Source: Chlorobiota bacterium (GTDB taxonomy: Bacteria > Bacteroidota > Ignavibacteria > Tepidaquicellales > OLB5). Taken from it: a stretch of DNA of 64,000 nt. Under the pieces are notes generated by a model. The model saw only the letters and a list, made by a program, of their open reading frames with translations, had not been told where the DNA came from and did not search any database. Positions 1 through 12,871 of the stretch are shown here, piece by piece (position 1 is the first letter of the stretch; every line of letters starts with the position of its first letter). The translations under genes were made by a program, and so were the position numbers. The stretch covers positions 718 to 64,717 of the forward strand of contig JAKEEM010000035.1 in assembly GCA_022616535.1 (NCBI GenBank), given 5' to 3'.

Positions 1-1
1 A

Positions 2-2008
2 TCAACCAACGGCGGCACAAGCTGGACATTTATCGGACTCGCTAACTCATACAGCTTCGGAAACATCACAATTAATCCGACAAACTCACAGATAATTTAC
101 GCAGCAGCTGTCGGCTCAACGAGGAGAAAAAATAATGAACGCGGAATTTACAAATCAACCAACGGAGGCGCAAGCTGGTCGCAATCGCTTTATGTTGCTG
201 ATTCCGTCGGAGCTATCGATGTTGTTTTAGACCCTTCAAACCCAAATAAAGTTTTTGCTGCAATGTGGGAAAGGCAAAGACGCGAAGATTATATTAAATA
301 CGGCGGTCCTATGACTGCGCTTTATGTGACAACCAACGGCGGCTCGAGCTGGAATGTTGTTACAGGCGGCTTCCCTTCGAATGCTTCGGATTTAGGAAGG
401 GTTTCACTTGATATATGTGCTTCAAACCCCCAGGTTATTTATGCTCTTACTGCTTATGCAAACGGCAATTCAAGGGGACTTTATAAATCCACCGACGGCG
501 GAACAAGCTGGGTATTGATAAATTCCTCAGTAGGGTCTTCATCAAACTATGCATGGTTTAACCGTATATGCAAAGTAAGTCCAACTGATGCAAATAACGT
601 TTACTGCGGCGGCTTGAATATGCAGCGTTCAACCAACGGGGGAACAAGCTTTATATCCGTGTCTGCCTCGCATGTTGACCAGCACGCTGCCGCTTATTCT
701 CCGTCCAATCCAAATTTTGTCGTAATAGGGAATGACGGCGGCATCGATTACTCAACAAACGAGGGAGCGTCATGGCTTGCAAGCACAACACTTCCAGTAA
801 CACAGTTTTATGCAGGAGATATAGATAACAATAATCCCAACACGGTTTTAGGCGGAACGCAGGATAACGGGACAATCAGAACCTTCGGCGGTGCAGGAAG
901 CTGGAGCTCAATCTACGGCGGCGACGGCTTTTACTGCCTTGTGGATTATTCCAATCCCCAGAGAGTTTATGCTTCATCACAAAACGGAGGACTCGGACGC
1001 TCGACAAACGGCGGCTCAAGTTTTGTGGGTGCTACTTCCGGACTTGACAGAACATATACCAACTGGATGACTCCCTATGTTATGGATAAAAATGACCCCT
1101 TAACGCTTTACTGCGGGACTTACAAGATTCACAAAACTACTAACGGTATGCAAAGCTGGACTCCGATTAGCCCCGATTTAGCTAACGGTCACATCCAAAA
1201 TCTTGGAACCGTTACAACTGTTGATGTTGCAAAAACCAATCCAAACGTAATTTACTGCGGAACCGATGATGCAAACGTCTGGGTAACGACTAACGGCGGC
1301 GGCAACTGGACCAAAATTATAAACGGACTTCCCTACAGGTGGGTTACAAGAGTAACTGTTCACCCGAATCTTGACAACGTTTGCTATGTTACATTATCAG
1401 GCTACAAAGTTGATTCAACCGGAGCGCATGTTTTTAAAACGTCAAACTACGGGGCGGTGTGGACTTCGATTTCGAGCAATCTACCCGATGCACCGGCAAA
1501 TGATATTGTAATCGACCCTGTTTTTACCTCCACACTTTATCTGGCAACTGATGTAGGGGTAATGATAAGCACAAATGACGGTGCAAGCTGGGCATTGCAC
1601 AGCCAGGGGATTCCCTCAAGTGTTCCCTGTCATGATTTAGTTCTCCACAACGGGACAAGGCGGCTTGCAGTATTTACCCATGGCAGAAGCGCTTATATTA
1701 CGGATATTACGCCAGTAGGAATTACCAACAACAATGAGTTTCCTGAAGGGTACAGTTTATTGCAGAATTATCCCAACCCGTTTAATCCGGCAACCAGAAT
1801 AAAATACAGCATTCCCGAAGATAATTTGGTTTCTATAAAGGTGTTTGATATCACAGGCAGGGTAATAGCAAACTTAGTGAACAAAAACCAAAAGCGAGGT
1901 GTTTACGAAGTTGAATTCAGCGGAAGGGATTTTGCTTCGGGAGTCTATTTTTACAGGCTGGAAACCCGAGACTTTACCGAAACAAGAAAGATGATTTTGA
2001 TAAAATAA
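2..2008 (+). CDS. 5'-partial BNR/VPS10-type beta-propeller (glycosyl hydrolase-like) protein with T9SS C-terminal sorting domain
   Basis: The frame is open from base 2 (STNGGTSWTFIG...). Many S/T-x-D/N-G-G-x-S/T-W Asp-box repeats; ends in QNYPNPFNP...SGVYFYRL...KMILIK. Confidence 0.85.
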   Translation, partial: STNGGTSWTFIGLANSYSFGNITINPTNSQIIYAAAVGSTRRKNNERGIYKSTNGGASWSQSLYVADSVGAIDVVLDPSNPNKVFAAMWERQRREDYIKYGGPMTALYVTTNGGSSWNVVTGGFPSNASDLGRVSLDICASNPQVIYALTAYANGNSRGLYKSTDGGTSWVLINSSVGSSSNYAWFNRICKVSPTDANNVYCGGLNMQRSTNGGTSFISVSASHVDQHAAAYSPSNPNFVVIGNDGGIDYSTNEGASWLASTTLPVTQFYAGDIDNNNPNTVLGGTQDNGTIRTFGGAGSWSSIYGGDGFYCLVDYSNPQRVYASSQNGGLGRSTNGGSSFVGATSGLDRTYTNWMTPYVMDKNDPLTLYCGTYKIHKTTNGMQSWTPISPDLANGHIQNLGTVTTVDVAKTNPNVIYCGTDDANVWVTTNGGGNWTKIINGLPYRWVTRVTVHPNLDNVCYVTLSGYKVDSTGAHVFKTSNYGAVWTSISSNLPDAPANDIVIDPVFTSTLYLATDVGVMISTNDGASWALHSQGIPSSVPCHDLVLHNGTRRLAVFTHGRSAYITDITPVGITNNNEFPEGYSLLQNYPNPFNPATRIKYSIPEDNLVSIKVFDITGRVIANLVNKNQKRGVYEVEFSGRDFASGVYFYRLETRDFTETRKMILIK

Positions 2009-2070
2009 TGTTAAAGCCCTTCTCAGTCAGAATAAGAAATTTATATCATTTGATATCATTAAATTATTTT

Positions 2071-3246
2071 ATGCATTGGCGTATATTTAAGAGACCTTTT
2101 GTTTTTTTTCTTTTGTTTTTATCAGGAAGTTTGTTTTTAATCGGCTGTTCCGGTATTAAGGTCGAGCAGAGAATTACGCTCCAGCCGGGTGACTGGGTTA
2201 TGGCGGGAGGCTCGCCTGAGCAGAAAAATGTTTCCGCTTATTCGCTTGAGCCGCCGCTGAATCTTATGTGGGATTTCTCGCTTGAAGGGGGAGTTTGTCC
2301 CAGCGGGATATCCGTTGCCGATGCCGTAGTTTTTGTTAACGTTCTGAAAGGGGAAATGCTTACAATAGATGTTTCAACCGGCGGTAAAATCGGGCATATC
2401 GGCTTCCTTGGTAAAGATGCAAATTCAGCTCCGCTGATTTTTGGAACAAACGTGATTGTCTCATATGCAGGAGATAAGAAATACTCTCTTGCATCGTATG
2501 ATTTATCGAAAGGTGAAATTAACTGGCGCCGGAATTACGGGTATATTCAAACATCACCAATAATGGTGGACGGATATATTTATTTCGGCAATCTTTATGG
2601 CTCTTTTTACAAAGTAGATGCCTCGACAGGACAAAGAATGTGGAAGTATACCTCGAAATCCCCGGTTCACTCCACCTGTGCTGTAAGCAGTGAAAGGGTT
2701 GTCTTCGGCAATGATAACGGCTTTATATCTTGTTTAAGCACTTCGGACGGCTCTTTGATTTGGAAGATTGAAACCGGAAAACCTGTCATTTCAACTCCAA
2801 TGATTAATGAAGATATTGTTTATATAGGGGGAGACGATTCGAATTACTGCTCAGTTAAAATTTCAGACGGCTCAATCATTTGGAAAAATAACATTCATTC
2901 CAAAATTATCGGCGGCTCGGCTCTTTTTAGAAACGAAGATGTTATATTCGGCTGCGTCGACGGAAGCGTTTATTCTTTAAATACGGCTGGGGGAACCATA
3001 AACTGGAAGTTTAATACCAAAGGAACGATAACTTCATCGCCTATTGTTTCGGGGAATTTTATTTACATCACTTCATATGACAGCTACATTTATTCTCTTG
3101 AAGGAAGCTCCGGCGGGCTCATATGGAGCTATCAAATGGAAAATAAATCCAAAACAACACCCGTCGTTTGGAAAGATTACCTGTTTGCCGCAGCCGATGA
3201 TATTCTTTACTGCTTTACTAATAAAGTAATTGAAAAGAAGAAATAA
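2071..3246 (+). CDS. PQQ-like (BamB-like) beta-propeller lipoprotein
   Basis: Lipobox-like LFLIGC and repeated G-x-x-x-W propeller motifs with SSP/STP. ATG 2071 is preferred over 2008 because it places the signal peptide at the N-terminus. Confidence 0.75.
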   Translation: MHWRIFKRPFVFFLLFLSGSLFLIGCSGIKVEQRITLQPGDWVMAGGSPEQKNVSAYSLEPPLNLMWDFSLEGGVCPSGISVADAVVFVNVLKGEMLTIDVSTGGKIGHIGFLGKDANSAPLIFGTNVIVSYAGDKKYSLASYDLSKGEINWRRNYGYIQTSPIMVDGYIYFGNLYGSFYKVDASTGQRMWKYTSKSPVHSTCAVSSERVVFGNDNGFISCLSTSDGSLIWKIETGKPVISTPMINEDIVYIGGDDSNYCSVKISDGSIIWKNNIHSKIIGGSALFRNEDVIFGCVDGSVYSLNTAGGTINWKFNTKGTITSSPIVSGNFIYITSYDSYIYSLEGSSGGLIWSYQMENKSKTTPVVWKDYLFAAADDILYCFTNKVIEKKK

Positions 3247-3808
3247 AATACTGTCGTTTTATTTATTGATGTTTTGCCCGCTCTTTATTTTCGCACAATC
3301 TGGGGACTCGCTTAAGATTGATTATAATTATATCAATTCTATACCACAGAACGCCGAAGTATATATTAACAGTGAGCTTACAGGAAATACACCCCTGCAT
3401 TTTAAGTGGAATGATTTGCTTTTCCCGAAACAGGTGAAAATAAAATTAAAGGGGTATGCCGATCATACAGAAAGTGTCGGTGAATTTGTTATAATAAATA
3501 AAACGGTTAATTTAGTTCTTCTCAATGGAACGATTAATCCAAATCTCGTTAAAGAGGATAAAGCAACATATTTTGATAAACCTAGAAAAATTGTCCCCAT
3601 TGTTATTTCATCTCTGCTGACTGCTGGGGCGGGGATATCAGCTTATTACTTTAAATCACTTGCCATAGAAAACAGGGATTTTTATGAGGACTTCGGTGAC
3701 CAGTCCGCATTGGACCGAAAAAAGAAATATGACCTTATCAGCGGTATCTCGCTTGCGGTGTTTCAGGTTGGCTTAGGGGTTCTGGTTTACTTTTTATTGA
3801 TTGATTGA
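3230..3808 (+). CDS. PEGA-domain membrane protein
   Basis: INSIPQNAEVYINSELTGNTPL and KLKGY PEGA motifs; signal peptide and two C-terminal hydrophobic segments. Confidence 0.65.
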   Translation: MKRRNKILSFYLLMFCPLFIFAQSGDSLKIDYNYINSIPQNAEVYINSELTGNTPLHFKWNDLLFPKQVKIKLKGYADHTESVGEFVIINKTVNLVLLNGTINPNLVKEDKATYFDKPRKIVPIVISSLLTAGAGISAYYFKSLAIENRDFYEDFGDQSALDRKKKYDLISGISLAVFQVGLGVLVYFLLID

Positions 3809-4552
3809 TTAAACCCTCCCAACTTTCATTTTTAAGTCCCATTTTATTTCTTTCTTATGATTTTCATCACCCCACGCAATTTGAAAATCATCAAAAATAG
3901 TTCCAATCGGGTTTTTACCGTTTGCCTTAATGTAATTTTGAGTCGATGACCAGGTGTAGAGATAGCTTAAATATTCTTTTAAATTCCACATGAGCCTTAT
4001 TTCAAAATTTGGCGGCTCAATTTTTGTAAATGGGAAATCTATCATTTCTTCAAAATTCAGCGCTTTTTTTATCTCTTCAGGCCAATAGTTTCCAATTATG
4101 TCTTGGAAAAACCGTCCGAAAACCATATCTACGACAGGCTCAATAGCGTTATTACCGTAAAGCCAAATTGCAATTACACCACCGGGCTTAAGTATCCTTC
4201 GGGCTTCGTCATAAAACCGGGCTGTATTAAACCAATGAATTGCCGTTGCAACTGTTATTAAATCTGCTGATTTAGTTTCAAGACCGCTTGATTCCGCAGG
4301 TGCTATCTTATATTTGATTTTCGGGTGCTGTTCGGCATGCTCAATTTGCGAGGCGCTTGCATCGGTTGCAATTATTTCATCAAAATAGGGAGCCAGCCCC
4401 ACCGCAGCTTGCCCGTTGCCTGTTGCACAATCCCACGCCAGCTGATGCTCATTTACAAGTGTGCTTAAATATTCAAAAAGCTCCGGCGGGTATTTGGGTC
4501 TGAATTTCGCGTATTCCTTTGCCTGTGATGAAAAATAATCCTTAAACTCCAT
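3809..4552 (-). CDS. Class I SAM-dependent methyltransferase
   Basis: WDCATGNGQ motif I, DLITVATAIHWF, LKPGG. Confidence 0.85.
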   Translation of the reverse strand: MEFKDYFSSQAKEYAKFRPKYPPELFEYLSTLVNEHQLAWDCATGNGQAAVGLAPYFDEIIATDASASQIEHAEQHPKIKYKIAPAESSGLETKSADLITVATAIHWFNTARFYDEARRILKPGGVIAIWLYGNNAIEPVVDMVFGRFFQDIIGNYWPEEIKKALNFEEMIDFPFTKIEPPNFEIRLMWNLKEYLSYLYTWSSTQNYIKANGKNPIGTIFDDFQIAWGDENHKKEIKWDLKMKVGRV

Positions 4553-5568
4553 TACTTATATGAAAAATGTTTTGATATACGGCTAAAGCTTTCATCATAC
4601 CTGTATTGAATATTCATATGCCCGTCGTTAAACTCCTGATGGAAATATTTTATACCGTTTTTCCTCAGCTTATCCGAGAACATCCTCGCACCAGCCTGCA
4701 GATTAAACTCGTCTCTTGTCCCGCAGTCTACAAAAATCAACTTAAGCTTTTTAAGGTTTCGTTTATATTTTTCAACAAGCCTTACAGGGTCAAACTTCAG
4801 CCACCGGTTCCAAATCTTCGGTATAATTTCCGCTGTATAAATGTCAAACGGCAAATCGAAGTTATATTCCTTTCTTTTGGGATTGGGTGAATAGCAGGCG
4901 GACATTCCGATTATGTTCAAAATATTGAAAAAGTCCTTGGGCTTCGGCTGTTTAAAGTTTATCTGCGTTTTAATGAAGTTTGACAATGCTCTATGCCCTT
5001 TGCCGTATCTTTGTATTTGCACTACGAAGTCGGGAAAATCTTTCATGTAGCAGTATTCAAATGCGGAATCTCCGGAGTGAGTTACCATTAATCCGAAAAT
5101 ATTCGGATACCTCATCGCAAGCCACATTGCTCCATACCCGCCGGAGGATTTTCCTATAATGCATCTTGAGCCGGGCTTTGGAATTGTCCGGAAATTTGAA
5201 TCTATATACGGAACGATTTCCCTGATGATGTAATCTTCATATCTTCCCGTTGCAGCTGAATTTACATACTGCGAGCCGCCGTATTTTGTAAAGCAATCAG
5301 GCATTACAACAATCATCTCTTTGATTTTTTTCGTCTTAATCAGGCGGTCTAGCCGCTGTTGTATGTTTTCCGAATACCCGGAAACATTCATATTCATCGC
5401 ACCAAATCCTGTAAATCCTGCAATAAGATACACTACCGGAAATTTTTTGTTCGATTTCCCGTACGACGCAGGCAGGTAAATAAATACGTCTCTGATATTA
5501 GGGTCTTTTAAAGGGTTGTTTTTTAGGATTTTACTTTTGTGTTTTAGTACTTCTACGCGGCTTTGCAA
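4552..5568 (-). CDS. Putative esterase (alpha/beta hydrolase, enterochelin esterase-like)
   Basis: IYLPASY, GKSSGGYGA nucleophile elbow, DCGTRDEF and FNDGH catalytic Asp/His; TTG start. Confidence 0.8.
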   Translation of the reverse strand: MQSRVEVLKHKSKILKNNPLKDPNIRDVFIYLPASYGKSNKKFPVVYLIAGFTGFGAMNMNVSGYSENIQQRLDRLIKTKKIKEMIVVMPDCFTKYGGSQYVNSAATGRYEDYIIREIVPYIDSNFRTIPKPGSRCIIGKSSGGYGAMWLAMRYPNIFGLMVTHSGDSAFEYCYMKDFPDFVVQIQRYGKGHRALSNFIKTQINFKQPKPKDFFNILNIIGMSACYSPNPKRKEYNFDLPFDIYTAEIIPKIWNRWLKFDPVRLVEKYKRNLKKLKLIFVDCGTRDEFNLQAGARMFSDKLRKNGIKYFHQEFNDGHMNIQYRYDESFSRISKHFSYK

Positions 5569-5585
5569 TGTTTTAAGAATTTAAT

Positions 5586-8682
<3,097 letters not shown>

Positions 8683-8710
8683 TGGATTGTAAAGCCTCCT
8701 TATAACTCTA

Positions 8711-9457
8711 TTATTTTTTGCTCCCTGAAAATACCCTGAATAGCTTCAAAACAGGGTCGTAAAACCGGTCAACAACGCGCTCCTTTATTGGAATTATTCC
8801 ATTATCGGTAATTTTAATGCTTTCGGGGCAGACTTCCGTGCAGCACTTGGTTATATTGCAGTAGCCCGAGCCGTATTCGTTCTTAATCGCAGGTATCCTG
8901 TCCTCAGTATCAAGCGGGTGCATTTCCAGGCTTGCAAGACGTATCATAAAACGCGGACCTACAAACTTATTTTTCTTTTCCTGGTCCCGCAATATATGGC
9001 AAACGTTTTGGCACAAATAGCATTCTATGCATTTGCGGAATTCCTGAACACGGTCAACATCTTCCTGCTGCATCCTGTATTTAGCACCGTTCTCCCTTGG
9101 TTTTGGCTTAAACGGCGGGATTCGTTTATTCTGCTCGTAATTCCAGGATAAGTCCGTAACAAGGTCTTTAATTACCGGAAAAGTTTTCACGGGCCGGACT
9201 GTAATTTGCGAATCTTCTTTGTAATCGGTTACTCTGTCCATACAGGCAAGCTTAGGTTTTCCGTTGATTTCCATGCTGCATGAGCCGCACTTGCCCGCCT
9301 TGCAATTCCACCTCAGCCCAAGGTCATTTGCCTGGTCCGCCTGTATAAGCTTAAGCGCATCAAGTACAACCATTCCCTCATCGATAGAAATTTTGTAGTT
9401 TACAAAATCACCGCCTTTTGAATTGCCCCGCCATATTTTAAAATTACGCTCTATCAT
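8711..9457 (-). CDS. sdhB: Succinate dehydrogenase/fumarate reductase Fe-S subunit, mycobacterial Sdh1 (Rv0247c)-like
   Basis: RWNCKAGKCGSCSMEING..C, CIECYLCQNVC and CNITKCCTEVCP cluster motifs. Confidence 0.88.
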   Translation of the reverse strand: MIERNFKIWRGNSKGGDFVNYKISIDEGMVVLDALKLIQADQANDLGLRWNCKAGKCGSCSMEINGKPKLACMDRVTDYKEDSQITVRPVKTFPVIKDLVTDLSWNYEQNKRIPPFKPKPRENGAKYRMQQEDVDRVQEFRKCIECYLCQNVCHILRDQEKKNKFVGPRFMIRLASLEMHPLDTEDRIPAIKNEYGSGYCNITKCCTEVCPESIKITDNGIIPIKERVVDRFYDPVLKLFRVFSGSKK

Positions 9458-9488
9458 AAATTATAATTTTAAATTCATTTTTTATCAT

Positions 9489-11315
9489 TCATTTTTCAAG
9501 CTCTTCAATTTTTGCATAAGCAATTTCGGCAAGCTCTTTCGGAGGCGAAGGTCTTTCAATCTTTTCTATTTTCATGCTCCCGTCCTTATTTTTACTTATT
9601 GTAATGATATATTTCAGCCATTCATCGCGTTCACCGGGGAAATCAAGCCGTGTATGGGCGCCGCGGGATTCTTCACGCATCAGTGCTGCAAGTGTTACGG
9701 CTTCAGCAGAAATCAGCAAATTCCCGATGCTTAGCGCTTCATGCCATCCCGGGTTATACTGGCTTGCTCCCACAGCTTTTACTTTTGCTGCGCCATGTTT
9801 TATACGCTCCAATTCCAATATCGCAGTTTTCAGTTCTTCCTCTGTTCTCACTATATTAACATACCGGTTCATCACGTCCTGCAGGTCTTCATGAATCAGG
9901 TAAGGATTTGTTCCGCTCTCCCGGTTTAGAATGTCAGTCGCGTTTTTTATTATTTCATTTACCTGTGAGGCATCTATATTCGGCTTGTTTGATAAGCTGT
10001 TGACATAATTTTTTGCTCCTAATCCCGCCAGCCGTCCGAAAACCAGTATATCCGAAAGCGAATTGCCGCCGAGGCGGTTAGACCCGTGCATTCCTCCCGA
10101 GCACTCCCCGCAAGCAAATAAGCCGGGTACTCTTGACATCTGCGTGTCTGAATCTACACGCACCCCGCCCATAAAATAATGCAGTGTCGGTCCCACTTCC
10201 ATAGGTTCCTTTGTTATATCTAAGTTAGCCAGAACTTTAAACTGATGATACATTGAAGGAAGCTTTTTCTTGATTTTCTCCGCAGGTATCCTTGTAGCTA
10301 TATCAAGGAAAACCCCCCCGTGCGGTGAGCCCCTGCCTTCGTTTATTTCCTTTGTAATGGCTCTAGCAACTTCATCGCGGGTAATAAGCTCTGGCGGCCT
10401 GCGTGCAGTTTTGTCTCCTGCAAGCCACCGGTCACCCTCTTCCTCTGTATCTGCGGTTTCAGGGGCAAACTTTTCGGGGACATATCTGAACATAAAACGT
10501 TCTTTCTCGCTGTTTAATAGTATTCCTCCGTCGCCTCTGACTCCTTCTGTAACAAGAATCCCTTTTACTGAATGCGGCCATACCATCCCGGTTGGGTGAA
10601 ATTGGGTAAATTCCATGTTTATCAGCTCAGTGCCCGCATGATATGCTAATGCATACCCGTCGCCTGTATATTCCCATGAGTTGGATGTAACCCTCCACGC
10701 TCTTCCTGCACCGCCTGTAGCGAGAATGACAGCTTTCGCTTTAAATAAAATAAATTCGCCTGAATCGCGCCAGTAGGCAATTAGTCCCGAAATCCTTTCA
10801 CCGTCTTTTAATAAACCCAATGCAGTGCATTCCATGTAAACTTTTATATTTTCCCTGTGCACTGCGTAATCCTGGAGAGTTCTTATTATCTCAAGGCCTG
10901 TTCTGTCTCCCACGTGCGCAAGCCTGGGGTAACGGTGCCCGCCGAAATTCCTCTGGTTGATTAACCCGTCTTTAGTTCTGTCGAATACAGCTCCCCACTC
11001 TTCAAGCTCGTTGACCCTGTCTGCCGCCTCTTTTGCGTGATGCTCTGCCATTTTCCAGTCGTTGAGGAATTTCCCGCCCCTCATAGTATCACGGAAATGT
11101 ATTTTCCAGTTATCACGCGCATCTGCATTGCCAAGCGATGCAGCAACACCGCCTTCAGCCATAACCGTGTGAGCTTTTCCAAGCAGTGATTTGCATACTA
11201 CTGCAGTGCTCATTCCCTGAACAGAGCATTCTATCGCGGCGCGCAGCCCTGAACCGCCGGCACCAACTACAATTACATCGTGTTCAAATGTCTGAAGCTC
11301 TTTTATATCAATCAT
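9489..11315 (-). CDS. sdhA: Succinate dehydrogenase/fumarate reductase flavoprotein, Sdh1 (Rv0248c)-like
   Basis: GAGGSG, KAHTVMAEGG (covalent FAD His), QFHPTG, HYFMGG, HGSNRLGGNSL, ESRGAH. Confidence 0.9.
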   Translation of the reverse strand: MIDIKELQTFEHDVIVVGAGGSGLRAAIECSVQGMSTAVVCKSLLGKAHTVMAEGGVAASLGNADARDNWKIHFRDTMRGGKFLNDWKMAEHHAKEAADRVNELEEWGAVFDRTKDGLINQRNFGGHRYPRLAHVGDRTGLEIIRTLQDYAVHRENIKVYMECTALGLLKDGERISGLIAYWRDSGEFILFKAKAVILATGGAGRAWRVTSNSWEYTGDGYALAYHAGTELINMEFTQFHPTGMVWPHSVKGILVTEGVRGDGGILLNSEKERFMFRYVPEKFAPETADTEEEGDRWLAGDKTARRPPELITRDEVARAITKEINEGRGSPHGGVFLDIATRIPAEKIKKKLPSMYHQFKVLANLDITKEPMEVGPTLHYFMGGVRVDSDTQMSRVPGLFACGECSGGMHGSNRLGGNSLSDILVFGRLAGLGAKNYVNSLSNKPNIDASQVNEIIKNATDILNRESGTNPYLIHEDLQDVMNRYVNIVRTEEELKTAILELERIKHGAAKVKAVGASQYNPGWHEALSIGNLLISAEAVTLAALMREESRGAHTRLDFPGERDEWLKYIITISKNKDGSMKIEKIERPSPPKELAEIAYAKIEELEK

Positions 11316-11335
11316 ACCTTAATTTTAATTTCTTC

Positions 11336-12136
11336 TTAGATTCCCCACGTATTGTAATCTTTAATAATACCCATTGACACCATTCTAATATAAAAATCTG
11401 TAAAGCCAACCCAAAAAAGGCTAAGCCAAGCAAACAGCTGGTGCCTCTCGTTAAGGTAAGTGACTTTTTTCCACAAGCCGAATTTTGTTTTTGAACAGGA
11501 AAAACAATCAGTTTGCCCGCCTATTAAATGACGGAATGAGTGACATCCGAGAGTGTATAATGCAAGCATCGTCGGGTTGATTAGCAGCACCAATGTGCCA
11601 ATTCCCGCACCGAATCCGCCTTTATAAAAGAATGCCTGAGCTGCGTCATAATACAAAATGAATAGAAATATTATTGCTGTATAAAGCGCGTAGCGGTGAA
11701 AGTTCTGGAACGTTAAGAGTCCTGTTTCGCCTTTATAATTTTTTTGAGGAAATGCGCCGACTGCACATGCGGGGGGCGACCATGTAAACGCGCGGTAGTA
11801 TGCCTTGCGGTAGTAGTAACATGTTAAACGGAAAGATAACGGAAATATCAGTATTAAAACAGCTGGTGATGAAGGCAGAAGAAAAAAGTTTGGCCACCAT
11901 GCGGGCCATGCGCCGAGCAGTGAGTGTGATAAAGGAGCGCCGCCGGGTATCCCCGTTTTTACATATACAAGGGGCGAGTAAAAAGGTGAAAGATAAGGTT
12001 CATAATAATAGTAAGCGCCCTGCATTCCTGCCCATGTGCTGTATGCTATAAACGCGCCAAGTCCAACTAAGACTGCAACGGGCTGCAGCCACCAGTTATC
12101 AGCCCGGTATGTAAAACCGATAGAATTATTATTCAT
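11336..12136 (-). CDS. Sdh1-type (Rv0249c-like) membrane anchor subunit
   Basis: Several TM segments; YLSPFYSP, FRLTCYYYRKAYYRAF, QNFHRY, GCHSFRHLIGG, ERHQLFAW; lies directly upstream of the Sdh1-type flavoprotein. Confidence 0.8.
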   Translation of the reverse strand: MNNNSIGFTYRADNWWLQPVAVLVGLGAFIAYSTWAGMQGAYYYYEPYLSPFYSPLVYVKTGIPGGAPLSHSLLGAWPAWWPNFFLLPSSPAVLILIFPLSFRLTCYYYRKAYYRAFTWSPPACAVGAFPQKNYKGETGLLTFQNFHRYALYTAIIFLFILYYDAAQAFFYKGGFGAGIGTLVLLINPTMLALYTLGCHSFRHLIGGQTDCFSCSKTKFGLWKKVTYLNERHQLFAWLSLFWVGFTDFYIRMVSMGIIKDYNTWGI

Positions 12137-12160
12137 ATTTACTGCTGCTATGCTTCTGTG

Positions 12161-12868
12161 TTATATTTCTCTCTTGCTCAACTCCTGCTTAAGCTCTGAA
12201 ATATGCCAGGTGATATTAATTTCTTTCGGACAGGATTCAATGCAATTAAAAATTGTGTGGCATCTCCATATTCCGTTGGGGGTATCTATAATGTCAAGCC
12301 GTTCATCGGCAGCTTCGTCACGCGTGTCAGCTATAAAGCGGTATGCCTTTAAAAGGGCGGCGGGACCGATATAGTTTTCATTGGTCCAGGTTGAAGGGCA
12401 GCTAGTGGTGCAGCAGGCGCATAAAATGCATTTTGCCGCTTCGAATAATTTTTCAGCATCGTCATTGGACTGAAGCCGTTCCCTGTCAAGGGGTGCAGGT
12501 GTATTATTGATTAAATACGGCTTGACTACGGCATTTTTTTCATAGAAGTCGCTCATATCAAGAACCAGGTCTTTAATTATCGGCAGTGAAGGCAGGGGTT
12601 CAATTGTGATTGGTTTTTTTGTGTTTATATCTTTAAGAAGGGTTTGGCATGCAAGGTGATTTTTGCCGTTTATTCTCATACCGTCGGAGCCGCAGATGCC
12701 GTGCGCGCAGGAGCGCCTGAACGAAAGGCTTCCGTCATGCTCCCATTTAATCTTGTGCAGGCAGTCAAGCACAGTCATGTTTTGATGCGCATCGAATTTA
12801 TAGTCTTCGTAATGCGGCTCGCTGTCTTTTTCCGGGTTGTATCTTAATATTCTGAAAATTACTTCCAT
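12161..12868 (-). CDS. sdhB: Succinate dehydrogenase Fe-S subunit (canonical type)
   Basis: RRSCAHGICGSDG..C, CILCACCTTSCP, CHTIFNCIESCP. Confidence 0.92.
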   Translation of the reverse strand: MEVIFRILRYNPEKDSEPHYEDYKFDAHQNMTVLDCLHKIKWEHDGSLSFRRSCAHGICGSDGMRINGKNHLACQTLLKDINTKKPITIEPLPSLPIIKDLVLDMSDFYEKNAVVKPYLINNTPAPLDRERLQSNDDAEKLFEAAKCILCACCTTSCPSTWTNENYIGPAALLKAYRFIADTRDEAADERLDIIDTPNGIWRCHTIFNCIESCPKEINITWHISELKQELSKREI

Positions 12869-12871
12869 ATT

